The notes: generated by a model not told the origin, from the sequence alone. A stretch of DNA of 59,933 nt, filler included, from Dugesia japonica (GCA_001938525.1; 6 parts of 6 records of this genome joined end to end with filler, not necessarily neighbours in it), one strand, 5' to 3'. Positions 39,810-53,325 are shown, counted from the whole stretch's first letter. Numbers and translations are program-made.

Positions 39810-40550
39810 GAAATCAAGGCAATAAAAAATCAAGTGTAATAAAAAAAGTGAAAAGCTCCAAGTATACAGAAATCGATGCAGCTCTTTTAACATGGTTCAA
39901 GCTTCAGAGAGGAAGGGATATACCCATTGACGGACTTATACTAAAAAGCAAAGCTACATTGATAGCAAGTGAATTTGGAATAAATCGGTTTGAATGTTCA
40001 AGCAGTTGGATTTCCCGATTTAAAAAATGATAGGTAGTAGGTAGATAGTGCAGCACTGGAACAGTTGCATTTATTTGGGCAAAGGGAGGGGGGGGGTTTC
40101 CATCAATTGTTCTTCAAAATTTGCTCTTCAATTTTTGTGGTTCAATTTTTTGTTCAATATGGTTGAATACAAGTGGAAGCCAAATCAGTCGATGTAAACT
40201 CTGTTAAATCATGGCTAGAAGATGAATGGCTGCATTAAAGAAAAGGATATGCCGGCAAAGATGTTTTTAATCCAGATGAAGCTGGGTTATTTTATAAAGT
40301 TAGTCCAAATAAAACTCATAAATTTATAGTCGAAAAATGTACAGGTGGAAAGCTATCAAAAGAGAGAATAACAGTGCTTTTTTGTGCAAGCATGACTGGG
40401 GAAAAAAGACAGCTTCTAATTATTAGGAAAAGTAAGAATCCGAGATGTTTTAAAAATCAAAATTTGACGAGATATAAATACTATTCCAATTCTAAAGCAT
40501 GGATGACTTTCAGTATCTTTCAAGAGGAATTAATCCAAATAATTTTAAAA
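39810..40550 (+). pseudogene. pogo/Tigger transposase pseudogene (CENP-B HTH and DDE_1)
   Basis: KYTEIDAALLTWF..IPIDGLILKSKA..F.CSSSWISRFKK; VFNPDEAGLFYK..GGKLSKERITVLFCASMTGEK..KSKNPRCF..NSKAWMT. Confidence 0.88.
40036..40165 (+). mobile_element. Polinton-like terminal fragment interrupting the pogo transposase
   Basis: AGTAGGTAGATAGTG identical to the 10216 terminus, followed by a G-tract. Confidence 0.5.
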
Positions 40551-41109
40551 TAGGAGAAGATAAGTTAGTTGCAATATTAAAATTTTTTTAAATAGTTTAT
40601 AAATTTTAATTTTCAATTATTTCTTCTTAAAATACGTGGTATTTGCAAAAAATGCTAGATTTAATTGTAGTATATACTAAGTGTTAATTATTTTTGTTAC
40701 TATAGCAACTGGTATATTCAAAAAAATTCTTTAATAGTTTGTTTTTAAAAATTAAACAAATAAACATAAATTATTTAGTGTTCTCAATGCAATGTGTCCA
40801 ACTCTGCTTATTTTTAAAAAAATTGTAAGTACATATGTATTTGGAATATTTAAATTTTTATCAACTATAAATTAATTTCAATATTATTTAAGCAATTTTT
40901 TGTTCATTATCGACAAATTATACTTGACTTCGAAGATAATTCAGTTATATTCTAATAAGAAATTTGTAAATATATAGTTCTGCTTATTATATTTTAATAA
41001 ATAATTATTCAATTAATTAAAATATTAGCTAAACAACGTTTTGCGTAAATTACAAATAATACGACTTCAAATTCAATTATTCGTATTAATTATTAACATT
41101 TTAATTTAC

Positions 41110-43190
<2,081 letters not shown>

Positions 43191-44499
43191 GTATAAACAA
43201 TAAATATTTTAAAAACTTAAAATCCATTTTTTTTTGTTTTTAATAATTTAATTAAATTTTTTTAGAAATTATTTTAAATTGATTATTTTCAAAATTTTAA
43301 AAATCAAAGATGAAATCTCAAAAAAAACCTTTGTTATTTATCTATTTTAACAATATTGGCATCTAGAAATTTCGAAATCTTGGGAAAATGTGTTTATGAT
43401 TTGATTTATATTTAAACTTTATGCTTGAAAATTAAGATATATTTTCATAACTAAAGTAGAAATGATAAACAAGTTTTCCTGAAATAGAATAACAAACATA
43501 ATTGTTTATTTAAAGCATTGATGCACAAACCGTTATCCAGATTCCATAGACTAATTTGTCTGCAAATAATTTTCAAATAAATAATAATTTACTATACCCA
43601 TTATTATGAAGTAATTCGATTAATTTATTTAGACTGGTATCTGCTTTGATAAAAGTAAAAGAATAAATTAAATAGTAATGTATCTCATGCTGACGTGTGT
43701 GATGTATTAAAAGTATTACAAAATCTACAATTTCATTTAAAAAAACCAATCCATTAATTTATACAAAAAATTGTGAAATATGAAACTTTAAGCTAAATAG
43801 TGATTTGTCTTGTGTTGAAGTATGTGAGGTTTTAGAAACAGATCCTGAAACTATTTTATCTTTATCTTCTTCTGAAAGCTTAAAAAAATTTAAACTTTCA
43901 ATTGAAAATGCTCTTAAAAATATTTTATATACAAAAGTTGTATCACAATCTCATAAGGTTATAAATATGTTCAATAATAAATCTATAATAATAATAATAA
44001 TGATAATAATAATAATAATAATAATAATAATATGATAATTATATAATAATCTATTATATACTAAAAATAATAAATAAAACAGTCAAACTGATGTTGCGGC
44101 CTACAAAAAAGGCTGTGCACCACCGATTTAATGTCTCTTCAAAAATAACTGATGCTTATTTGATTTTAAAATCAATAAATCTATTTTTGTGTCGATTTCA
44201 AAAAAAAGTTTTACGGCATTTAAAATTATAGACACGCCTACACCATAACATGATTTTTGACATTATAATGATAATTAATATAAATATAGAATAATTTNAA
44301 AAAATGAAACAGCTACAAAGTTATTATTTTATTAATTATGCATGTATGAAATATTTTAGTTGACTTAGCATTCTAGAGAAAAATAAACTGCAGACAAAAT
44401 TGTAGACAAAATAGTATATAATATTATTCAACTTAATAAATAAATATGTCGAAAATAAATAATTTGAAATTTTCAGATATTTTACGATTTTACTATTAT

Positions 44500-44832
44500 T
44501 TCATTAAATTAAATGCTTCGATAAAAATCTTTATTTAGGTCTTGATAGTATTTCGAATTTTTGACTTTGTCTTCATCAGGAATTGACTTTTTGACTTATT
44601 CAATATTTATTGTTACAATAGAAATATGTTTTTGAATTAATTTATTTTATTGAATGAAAAATTAACCAACGAAAATTCATTAGTCAATTGATTAATATAT
44701 TCATTCAAAATTAAAACGTTATTAATATTAGGTGACTACTTTATTGTTTTACAATTACAGTTATTACGAGAATGATTGTTGGACGTAGCCATTGATCGTT
44801 TTTCAGAATTCATTAAAATAAAAGCTTCGATC
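44500..44832 (-). repeat. Hammerhead-bearing repeat unit with terminal direct repeat (~310-bp period)
   Basis: Begins and ends with ttcattaaa(t/a)taaa(t/a)gcttcgat; minus strand reads AATTC-CTGATGA-A-GAC-AAA-GTC-AAAA-AT-TC-GAAAT. Confidence 0.65.
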
Positions 44833-45363
44833 ATGATCGTACTGAGGCTCATCCTTTACCATCGCTTTTGGAAAGCGATTTTTCTGAAATAATTGAGAAT
44901 ATGCAATATTTTCACATCGAATATCAATTATCTGTATAAGAATTTATTGGTTTTTACTCTAGTATAAAGACTTCTGAAAAATTAACAGTTAAAGAAATGA
45001 TTTCGGTGGTTATAGAAAACAATGATTTGTCATCTGAATCTGGAAAAGAAAATGAAAATGTGCACATTGCTAAAAAAAACTATTTTTCCAACAGTTTGTC
45101 AGTTAAATGATGCATTATATAATATTCATAGATTCTTAATGTTTTTCACCAAGGAAGCACCTAGAAACATCAACAAATTTGTTTCTATCCTTTCAAAGCA
45201 GCATACAAAATTCATTTAAACCAACTTCAACAATAGGCTTTTTTAAAAAATAAAATTTGTTATCTAAGAGTGTTTTTATTTATTGGTAATGTGCTTTAAC
45301 ATGTAAATTATATAAATTATTAATAGATCATATTGACTTTTTATTATGTAATCGTTTTTTTAA

Positions 45364-46988
45364 CCTTTTTAAGGTTAAGTTTTTTAAGACGTTTTTGAGT
45401 GTTTAGGGTCATTTATGACCCCATTTCGGGAACATGAATTGATGTGAAATATTGTCATAAAAATTATTTATTGCTGAAATTTTTAAAGTTTTTAGAATTT
45501 TTTCAGATAATAACACCCCATTTATATCTCGTAAATCTCTTTGTGATAAACAAATAAGCGAAGTTTTAGATAGTTTAGCCGATTTGAAGGTTGATAGTGA
45601 AGAAGAACTTATTTATGATGAAGATTCGGAAGAAAAAGACAATTTCTTGCCTAATGACGATTCAAAAGAAGAAGACAATATCTTGTCTTATGAAGAAGAC
45701 TCAGATGAATATGATGATTAGGATTGCGTAACCTCAAGAGATGGAACAAAATGGAGGAAAACTTCCCCCTCTCTTCAACGAAGAACTTTGAAACAAAATA
45801 CTCTACAAGTAGCACCTGAACTTACAGTCATCAGTTAAAACATAGACACACCAATAAGTGCATTTCAGCTGCTTTTTGATGATAGTATCTTCAATACGAT
45901 AATAAATTGTTCTGAAAAGAATGCCGCACAACTCGGTCATCCTGAATGGAAATTGAATAGAGAATCATTGAATGCTTTTAATGGAATCCTAATTTTGTTT
46001 GGCGCAACAAGAGAAAGAAAGGAATCAATCAAATGGGTTTGGAGTGATGACGGTGCATTTTGCTGACCAATTTTCAAGTCCACAATGGGACGTGATGCTT
46101 TCCAAAATATATTGCATTTCATTAGAACAGATAATCATGAAACTTGTCAGGAGCGCAGAGGTTTCAATAAATTAGCTCCAATAAGAGAAGTTTGGTAAAT
46201 TTTGTTATCTAGTCAGCATAACGATCAGGCAGTTAGCACTGCAGAACATGCTAAGCCAGATATTAAATTGGATTACAACAAATTTAATGGTGCTGTTGAT
46301 AGTGCTGACAAGATGCTCAAAGAAATTTCTTGTCACAGAATCTCAAAAAAATGACCGTTTGTTCTTCTCACCCATATTATCAATCTTCGTGCATTCAATG
46401 CTTATGTGCTTTACAAAAAGAAATTTCCAAATACAGCACTGACAAGACTTAATTTCCTCAAAGATTTGGGTTCTGAACTCGTGAAACCTGCTATCAAAAC
46501 GAGGGCAAATCCTCCAAGAACAGGAATACCATTGTCATTTCCAAGCAGCTATGGCATCAGTTATAGGCCCTCTATAACAAAAGGTTCCACCACCAATACC
46601 AGCTAATTCAGGAAAAGGGAAAAGAAATCGCTGTTCATTCTTTCCAAGGTCGAAACACACCAAATATAGTGGTATATGTTCGTTATGCTCTCCATACATT
46701 TACCCTGGACATACAGAATCCAATGTAACAAGTTGTTCGAACTGTAATGTTTAATTATTTGTAGCTATTAATTTACTTTCTATTACATTTTGGTTTTCCT
46801 TTCATAAATATAAATTTTAGTATATGAATATTTGAAAATAAAGCTTTAAAGTCCCCGAGTATAATTTTTGATCATTTCTTTCGATTGAGGAACCTTAATA
46901 ACATGTTTAAAACAAAAAAACGATTGGGGCCAAATATGACCCTAATTTAGTACTCCGTGTATCATGAGGGGTTTTAGGTAGAGGAAGG
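45364..46988 (+). mobile_element. piggyBac transposon, internally deleted transposase pseudogene
   Basis: TTAA|CCTT...AAGG|TTAA ends; subterminal inverted repeat agggtcatttatgacccc / ggggccaaatatgaccct; DGTKW, TMGRDAFQNILHFIR.D, KLAPIREVW, KP..LDYNKFNGAVDSADKM, and a C-terminal Cys-rich domain remnant. Confidence 0.9.
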
Positions 46989-47684
46989 TTAAAAACTCTT
47001 AAAAACCTCATTATTGCGTGCATTTTTTTCTCGCACCGATATGTACGTTATATTGAGGTTAACCTAAATAATATATTTTTTCTATTAAATTTAAAATCAT
47101 AATAGCCGTAATCAATGACATGAAAATGATTAAATATTTTTATTTATATGTAATTTCGGAAATATTTGATTCCAATTAAAAATTTATTTTGTCTTGGTTT
47201 TAATTTCTTATCTATAATTTTCCAAAAAAGTTTCTTGTGAATTTTTACATATGTTCTGTTTTTTAATCATTGAATTATTTAGTATGAATAAAGAAATAAT
47301 TAAAAATTCTGCTAGAATTTTCAAAAAAAAAGTCACTGGATGATATTTTTCGTAAACTATTTAAATAATTTTATTTTTTAAATCAACGAGATCCTTTAAT
47401 ACATAAAAGCAATAGAATATTACAAAAATTCAGACTCTGCTTGATTTACTTATGAAAAAGTTATCAATTATTATTATTTAAATTTAAAAATTTTAAATAT
47501 AAACGATTTCAATATTCTAATAACCTTTAAAACATTTATTATCGTCTTTATTATTTAAAAAAACTGAAAAATAATTTTAATGTTTTAAATATTAAATTTA
47601 TATTTGTTTTAACCATTCAGCATATTGAATATTTAATATATATTTAATATATTTGATACATTTGATTAGATACGTGGTAAGGCT

Positions 47685-47784
47685 NNNNNNNNNNNNNNNN
47701 NNNNNNNNNNNNNNNNNNNNNNNNNNNNTTAATTAATTAANNNNNNNNNNNNNNNNNNNNNNNNNNNNNNNNNNNNNNNNNNNN
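47685..47784. other. Artificial contig spacer
   Basis: 44N + TTAATTAATTAA + 44N. Confidence 0.95.
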
Positions 47785-49790
47785 ATTTTCAAAATTCGAT
47801 CAAAATATCAATAATTACTGTCATTTTTATTATGACAGTTATTCTATCATTTCTTATGACAATATCCATTCATCTCGCATCCTGTGTATATTTACAAACT
47901 ATGTATTGCAGAAAAATTTATTTTAATTATGTAAAACTTTATTTATTTATTTTTATACGGCTAATTTTGATAAAATAAAATGCTTTATATTTCTTCTTGT
48001 ATAACAGAAATTAGTATATATATATATATATACCGATGTAATGGCCAGTGGCGATACTTCGTAAAAATCTCTGAAGGTATTGGATCACAGATGACAAAAT
48101 ATTTATAGAAACGAAATTATTTAGGTTTCATTCTCAGTGAGCAGTGAATATCTCAATTGATAGAGTACATAAATTTAATTAATTAAGATAATTAACTAGA
48201 TGAAAATATTCACTAAAAATCGATGAAATACGTTCACAGAAATATTACCAATGTCTAATTTAGATAGGTTTTTATTTTATGATTTCATCAAATTTTTGAA
48301 TTTGTTCTTATAAGAATTTATAATATTTACTGTTAAGCTTTTTATTCATCCTTTGTAATATTATATGGATAGAATTAAAATTTACTGTTATAAAATTAAT
48401 ATATTATATTAATGTTTATGTCGGTATAATTTTTAATATTTCATATCACCGGAAGATCATTAAATTGTAGCAATCGTGAATAATAAAATATCAAATAATT
48501 AGTGATTATAAAACAAAGTATAAAAATAGATGCATATCTGGTAGGCCCTAAACAAAGGCTCACTAAAACATATCAGTAATTATTAGTTAAATTATGTAAA
48601 TTGTGTGAAGCTGTATTTTAATGTATATAGTGAATATAATTTATGAAACTGTAAAATCAATGAATGAATATAGATTATCCCGAGTGATCATGTAAATTAT
48701 AAAATTTTTGTAACAACAAAAATATTTATTTGAATTTGAAAAGCAANNNNNNNNNNNNNNNNNNNNNNNNNNNNNNNNNNNNNNNNNNNNNNNNNNNNNN
48801 NNNNNNNNNNNNNNNNNNNNNNNNNNNNNNNNNNNNNNNNNNNNNNNNNNNNNNNNNNNNNNNNNNNNNNNNNNNNNNNNNNNNNNNNNNNNNNNNNNNN
48901 NNNNNNNNNNNNNNNNNNNNNNNNNNNNNNNNNNNNNNNNNNNNNNNNNNNNNNNNNNNNNNNNNNNNATAAGAGTTTCTGACAATTATATTTGAAAATT
49001 GAATCAATTTAAAATTTTACGGAGTAGATCCTGAACCCTTCAATTGTTTCGTTTTATTGAAAGTTGACATGTGGCCAATTGGTGATCGACATAGCAGAAT
49101 CATTTTTATTGGTAGATTTGCAAATACAGAATTATTTCAAAATTTTGTATTTGTCAATGTTTCATTGGTTGAGTAATGTGTGCAAAATTTTTGGATNNNN
49201 NNNNNNNNNNNNNNNNNNNNNNNNNNNNNNNNNNNNNNNNNNNNNNNNNNNNNNNNNNNNNNNNNNNNNNNNNNNNNNNNNNNNNNNNNNNNNNNNNNNN
49301 NNNNNNNNNNNNNNNNNNNNNNNNNNNNNNNNNNNNNNNNNNNNNNNNNNNNNNNNNNNNNNNNNNNNNNNNNNNNNNNNNNNNNNNNNNNNNNNGATTT
49401 TTCTAAAGTTGGGTAATCGATTATTTACGTCTATTCTGTAGACGCACTTAAATTAAACTTGGTGGAATCAGCAACCCAACAAAATTGTGTTATTATGAAA
49501 TCACAGGAATTGATAATTATTAAATCATGATTTAGTTTATGATATTTCAGATTATAGATGAATGTTTCATAGATATATGAATAATTAGTTTTATTGTTTA
49601 CCAAATATTGTTAATAAATTTGGTATTTTCAACTTAACAAAAATAATATATATTATTAGTTTTAAGGATCACATAAGAACTCATTTCATTTCATGTGTTG
49701 TATTGTATCATTGCTCGATACAATATCTTGTAATATATTATTGTATTGATATAATTCTTCTTTTTAAATAATTTAATTTTTGTATGAAAA

Positions 49791-50405
49791 ATGATCTGTG
49801 AACATTATGCATATATGTATATGTATATGTATTTCAATGTATGGGACCAGAAATCACATATATTCATCGGCCCATCGAATATTGGCAAAACATGTTTCGC
49901 GCTTGCACATTTTAATAGTCCTGTGCACGTGAAAGGCTTACAAAATTTTGGACGAATTTCATCTGATCCAGAAGTAGTAGACGGTATCGTTATTGATGAC
50001 ATTCCTTTGTCAAATTTTCCAACTAATGAACTTTTGGGTATACTTGACATTTGTTACGAAAATCCAATAAATATAAAATATTCAACCGGATACCTTCCAG
50101 CTTTCTGTCCTCGTATTATATGTATGAATGATGCATCGCAACTTTTCCCTAAGAATGTAAAACCTGCTATACTTGAAGCTATTTATCGGCGAATTGTTAT
50201 CCACAATTTTTCTGACAAATTATATGAGAAATATATTGATCTAAGTACTTTACAGACGGAGAAGATGACATCTTACAAGCCGAGAGCTGGAATCAACGTA
50301 GGCATTGGTACTGCGAAGTCGGGCACAGCGAGGATGAAAGAGATATATGGGCCGCCCTCGACAAGCACCGCTGGATCGAGCAATGTTATTGTGGAGCCAA
50401 AGTAA
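49791..50405 (+). CDS. SF3 helicase domain of a CRESS-DNA-virus-type Rep; N-terminal HUH endonuclease not visible
   Basis: Walker A GPSNIGKT, Walker B GIVIDDI, B' INIKY, motif C RIICMN, arginine finger AIYRR; no internal stops. The first ~15 codons are (TATATG)n microsatellite, so the start is doubtful. Confidence 0.85.
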   Translation: MICEHYAYMYMYMYFNVWDQKSHIFIGPSNIGKTCFALAHFNSPVHVKGLQNFGRISSDPEVVDGIVIDDIPLSNFPTNELLGILDICYENPINIKYSTGYLPAFCPRIICMNDASQLFPKNVKPAILEAIYRRIVIHNFSDKLYEKYIDLSTLQTEKMTSYKPRAGINVGIGTAKSGTARMKEIYGPPSTSTAGSSNVIVEPK

Positions 50406-50512
50406 AAATGTCTTCATTTCACAAGGAGTCATGTTGGCAGTTTTTTAAAAACTATTGTGATTCTTGTTTACTGGCTGAACATAACTATAGAATAAATAAA
50501 AAAAAACTTTGA
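50256..50512 (+). CDS. Putative spliced exon overlapping the Rep C-terminus, Cys/His/Trp-rich small protein
   Basis: Stop-free alternative frame 50240-50509 (DGEDDILQAESWNQRRHWYCEVGH..HRWIEQCYCG..HKESCWQFFKNYCDSCLLAEHNY..), preceded by acceptor CTAAG-TACTTTACAG (AG 50254-50255); AATAAA at 50491. Confidence 0.5.
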
Positions 50513-50696
50513 TGTTAATTAGTGAATTTTAATTGTTTAAGTGTGTTAAAAAAAATAATAAATGTATTTTAATTTAAATTTAGTTGTCTTTATTTGGTTA
50601 TTGATTTTATTAATTTTATCTTTAAGTGGTTTTATTTATGTTCTTTCTTATTTTTTGGTAATAAGTAATAATCATTGTAATATAACTATGTAAAGA

Positions 50697-51362
50697 ATGG
50701 CTTCTTTCTATGAAGACCTTACACGATTTTGTTTTCAGTTTATTACTAGGTCTAGCTTCACTATTAATAATAGCCATAGTAACGCGATTATTAATGCTTA
50801 CGAAAAACATAATATGGTATTTGATACTGGCATTAATGAAATGGATGAAAAGCTATTGGCAATATATCTGGTCCTTAACGGAAAAGCCGGCAAAACGAAT
50901 GGAATTTTATTTGTCGGACCACCGGGAGCCGGAAAGTCCCTTTTTATGCAAGTCCTCGCTTCCGATTTTAAGAAAATAGGCAATTTTAATATTTTAAATT
51001 TTAAATCAGAATTTGCTTTAGATGATTTAGCCGATGCAGACATAGCTATAGGTGACGAAATTATTTTCGAAAATATGAATATGGCTACCTATTTCAATTT
51101 ACTACTCGAGGGCTCAACCAATTTAAAGATATCAATTAAAAATATAGATAAAATCCCTTTTAAAAGAATTCCTGTTATGGTAGCCGGTAATTCATTTCCC
51201 TGGTATTATACTTCCCAAATTCGCCCAGCCACATTGGACAGATCATTACTTATCGAATGCTTTGAACCATATTCTTTCAATTACAATTCAAATATATATA
51301 ATCAGGATAAAAACGTTTTCAAATCTGTAAAACAATCCATGTTTAAGCATCTAAAAGTATAA
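50697..51362 (+). CDS. Stand-alone SF3 helicase of parvoviral NS1 / papillomaviral E1 type
   Basis: GKTNGILFVGPPGAGKS (Walker A), SEFALDD..IAIGDE (Walker B), LLEG..ISIKN (B'), IPVMVAGN (motif C), LDR finger; intact 221-aa ORF with good start context AGAATGG. Confidence 0.9.
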   Translation: MASFYEDLTRFCFQFITRSSFTINNSHSNAIINAYEKHNMVFDTGINEMDEKLLAIYLVLNGKAGKTNGILFVGPPGAGKSLFMQVLASDFKKIGNFNILNFKSEFALDDLADADIAIGDEIIFENMNMATYFNLLLEGSTNLKISIKNIDKIPFKRIPVMVAGNSFPWYYTSQIRPATLDRSLLIECFEPYSFNYNSNIYNQDKNVFKSVKQSMFKHLKV

Positions 51363-51364
51363 CA

Positions 51365-51680
51365 TTACACACAGCACAGTGTGTCATCTGCGTTGTGATT
51401 TTCACAAAAACTATAGTGTAATTACACGTGTAATATTAATATATATTTCATTGTGTTATTTTTCCTTTATTTAGTTTGTGAAATAGTGTGTTGTGTGTGT
51501 AGAATTACACGTGTAGTAGATGATATGTTAGGTAAAAAACACGGAGATTTTCAATGCGATATACTTACATTGTTTGTGTTTATAGTATTGAGGGGGGGTC
51601 GGAAAGATGTATTTCCTTTATTTGGGGGGTGCGTGCATGAACAAAAATTTTTTTGGGGGGATGGCCCAGCGCCATATAAT
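51365..51680. promoter_or_regulatory. Putative viral terminal/origin region with palindromes and G-tracts
   Basis: Perfect palindrome ATTACACGTGTAAT (51421-51434), second TACACGTGTA (51506-51515), three G-runs, hairpin ATGGC-CCAGC-GCCAT (51661-51675). Confidence 0.4.
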
Positions 51681-52869
51681 TAAATAATTTAATATCGTAA
51701 TTTAACTTGAGATATTTCAGTGGATAGGATGTTTCATAGATATATATTTCGATGAATCATTACAATTAGTTTAGAATAATTCTGTTTTCAATTGAATAAT
51801 AATAATTGGTAGAGCTTTAATTAATTAAATCCCATATGCGATAGTGAGTTCTGAGACTCATTTGATCGACACAATGATGATACAATTAATGATATTTTTA
51901 TACCTAACGAACTTAATATATTAAGGTAGTTTTATTTAATAAAACCAAAATTGGATTGGAAAGACTGATATGACGAAGGGATTAATGAATATATTCTAAA
52001 TATTATCAGTGGATTAATGTTATAGGATAATGTATGATAAATATATATTCCAATGAATCATTAGAGGCAGTTTAGAATAATTATTTCGAAATAAATATCA
52101 TTGATAAATTTTGTGTTTTCAATTGAAATATTATTTGGATATATTAGTGAATAAAAAACGAATGTTTCAAGAAAAGCAAAAAATACTCAACAAAGAAAGC
52201 AATTATTTCATAGCCTTTTCTATTAATTGAAATTTATGTTGTATTAGCAAACCACTTATGAAATCACAATCTCATGGAAAATATTTTTGAATTAGACTTT
52301 TTAAATATTAAAAATTTTTGAAAAATGTTTCGTATCAGCAAAATTAAACGTTTTACTTGAGATATTAGCAAGAAATCAAATCTAACAATTAATAGGAAAA
52401 ATTCTTCAAGCGACACGACAAAAAGAAATAGATTTACAAAAAAAATGTAGGAGCGCGAGATGAGAAATGCTAAAAATGAAAACTAGTATTAAATACAAGA
52501 ATTCAAATATGAAACATTGTACCTAATAATTTGTAGAAAACAAACGGTATCCGGCAAGAGCAACTAGAAATCCAAATAATGTATATCGATTGTTTCCGAA
52601 TTTGATATTTAATATAAATATATTAATAATTAATCAGTTGTTTAAATATTAATAAACGAGCTAGTTTTTACTTATTTATTAATTATACAAACATATATCG
52701 GGGTTTAATAAATCTCTCCCAAATTTATTTTTCTTATTACTCCAGGACATAACAGATTATACCATGCATATATATTAGTTATATTAACATTGAAGTTTTT
52801 ATTTAGTCTAAGTATTTCGATTTACCATTTGTTTTAATATTCGAAAAACCAAAATTTAAAAATGCTGAC

Positions 52870-53325
52870 AATTAAAGAACGGAAATTGTATTGCTAATTT
52901 GCTCGACATCAATCCAAGTTAGTCGGGAATTAAACAAGAAAAAAATAGAAAGAAATTTTAGTTCCGTTACTAAAACNNNNNNNNNNNNNNNNNNNNNNNN
53001 NNNNNNNNNNNNNNNNNNNNNNNNNNNNNNNNNNNNNNNNNNNNNNNNNNNNNNNNNNNNNNNNNNNNNNNNNNNNNNNNNNNNNNNNNNNNNNNNNNNN
53101 NNNNNNNNNNNNNNNNNNNNNNNNNNNNNNNNNNNNNNNNNCTTTGAGGTTAACTGAAAAATGAAATGTATAAGCGAAACCTTTGTAATAAAGAGCAACT
53201 AATGAAATTCATCTCAAATGAATGTTCTAAAATAACCTCACAATTGCTAAAAAATGTGTTGACATTTCAACGTCGTTTGCAGCAATGTGTGAAAACTGAT
53301 GGGAAATCCTGTGAACACAAAAATT
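52870..53325 (+). pseudogene. Tc1/mariner transposase remnant (spans a gap)
   Basis: ISNECSKITSQLLKNVL..FQRRLQQCVKTDGKSCEH resembles the Tc1/mariner C-terminal RL..C....G motif. Confidence 0.55.

Noticed and set aside
49805-51043. Antisense or alternative-frame ORFs 49805-50050, 50250-50432, 50710-50979, 50798-51043
   Set aside because: Shadows of the helicase ORFs without independent motifs or signals; 50710-50979 is hydrophobic and cannot be fully excluded as an overprinted gene.
51582-51592. TAGTATTGA as a circovirus nonanucleotide origin
   Set aside because: Two mismatches to TAGTATTAC at the nick site and no enclosing stem.
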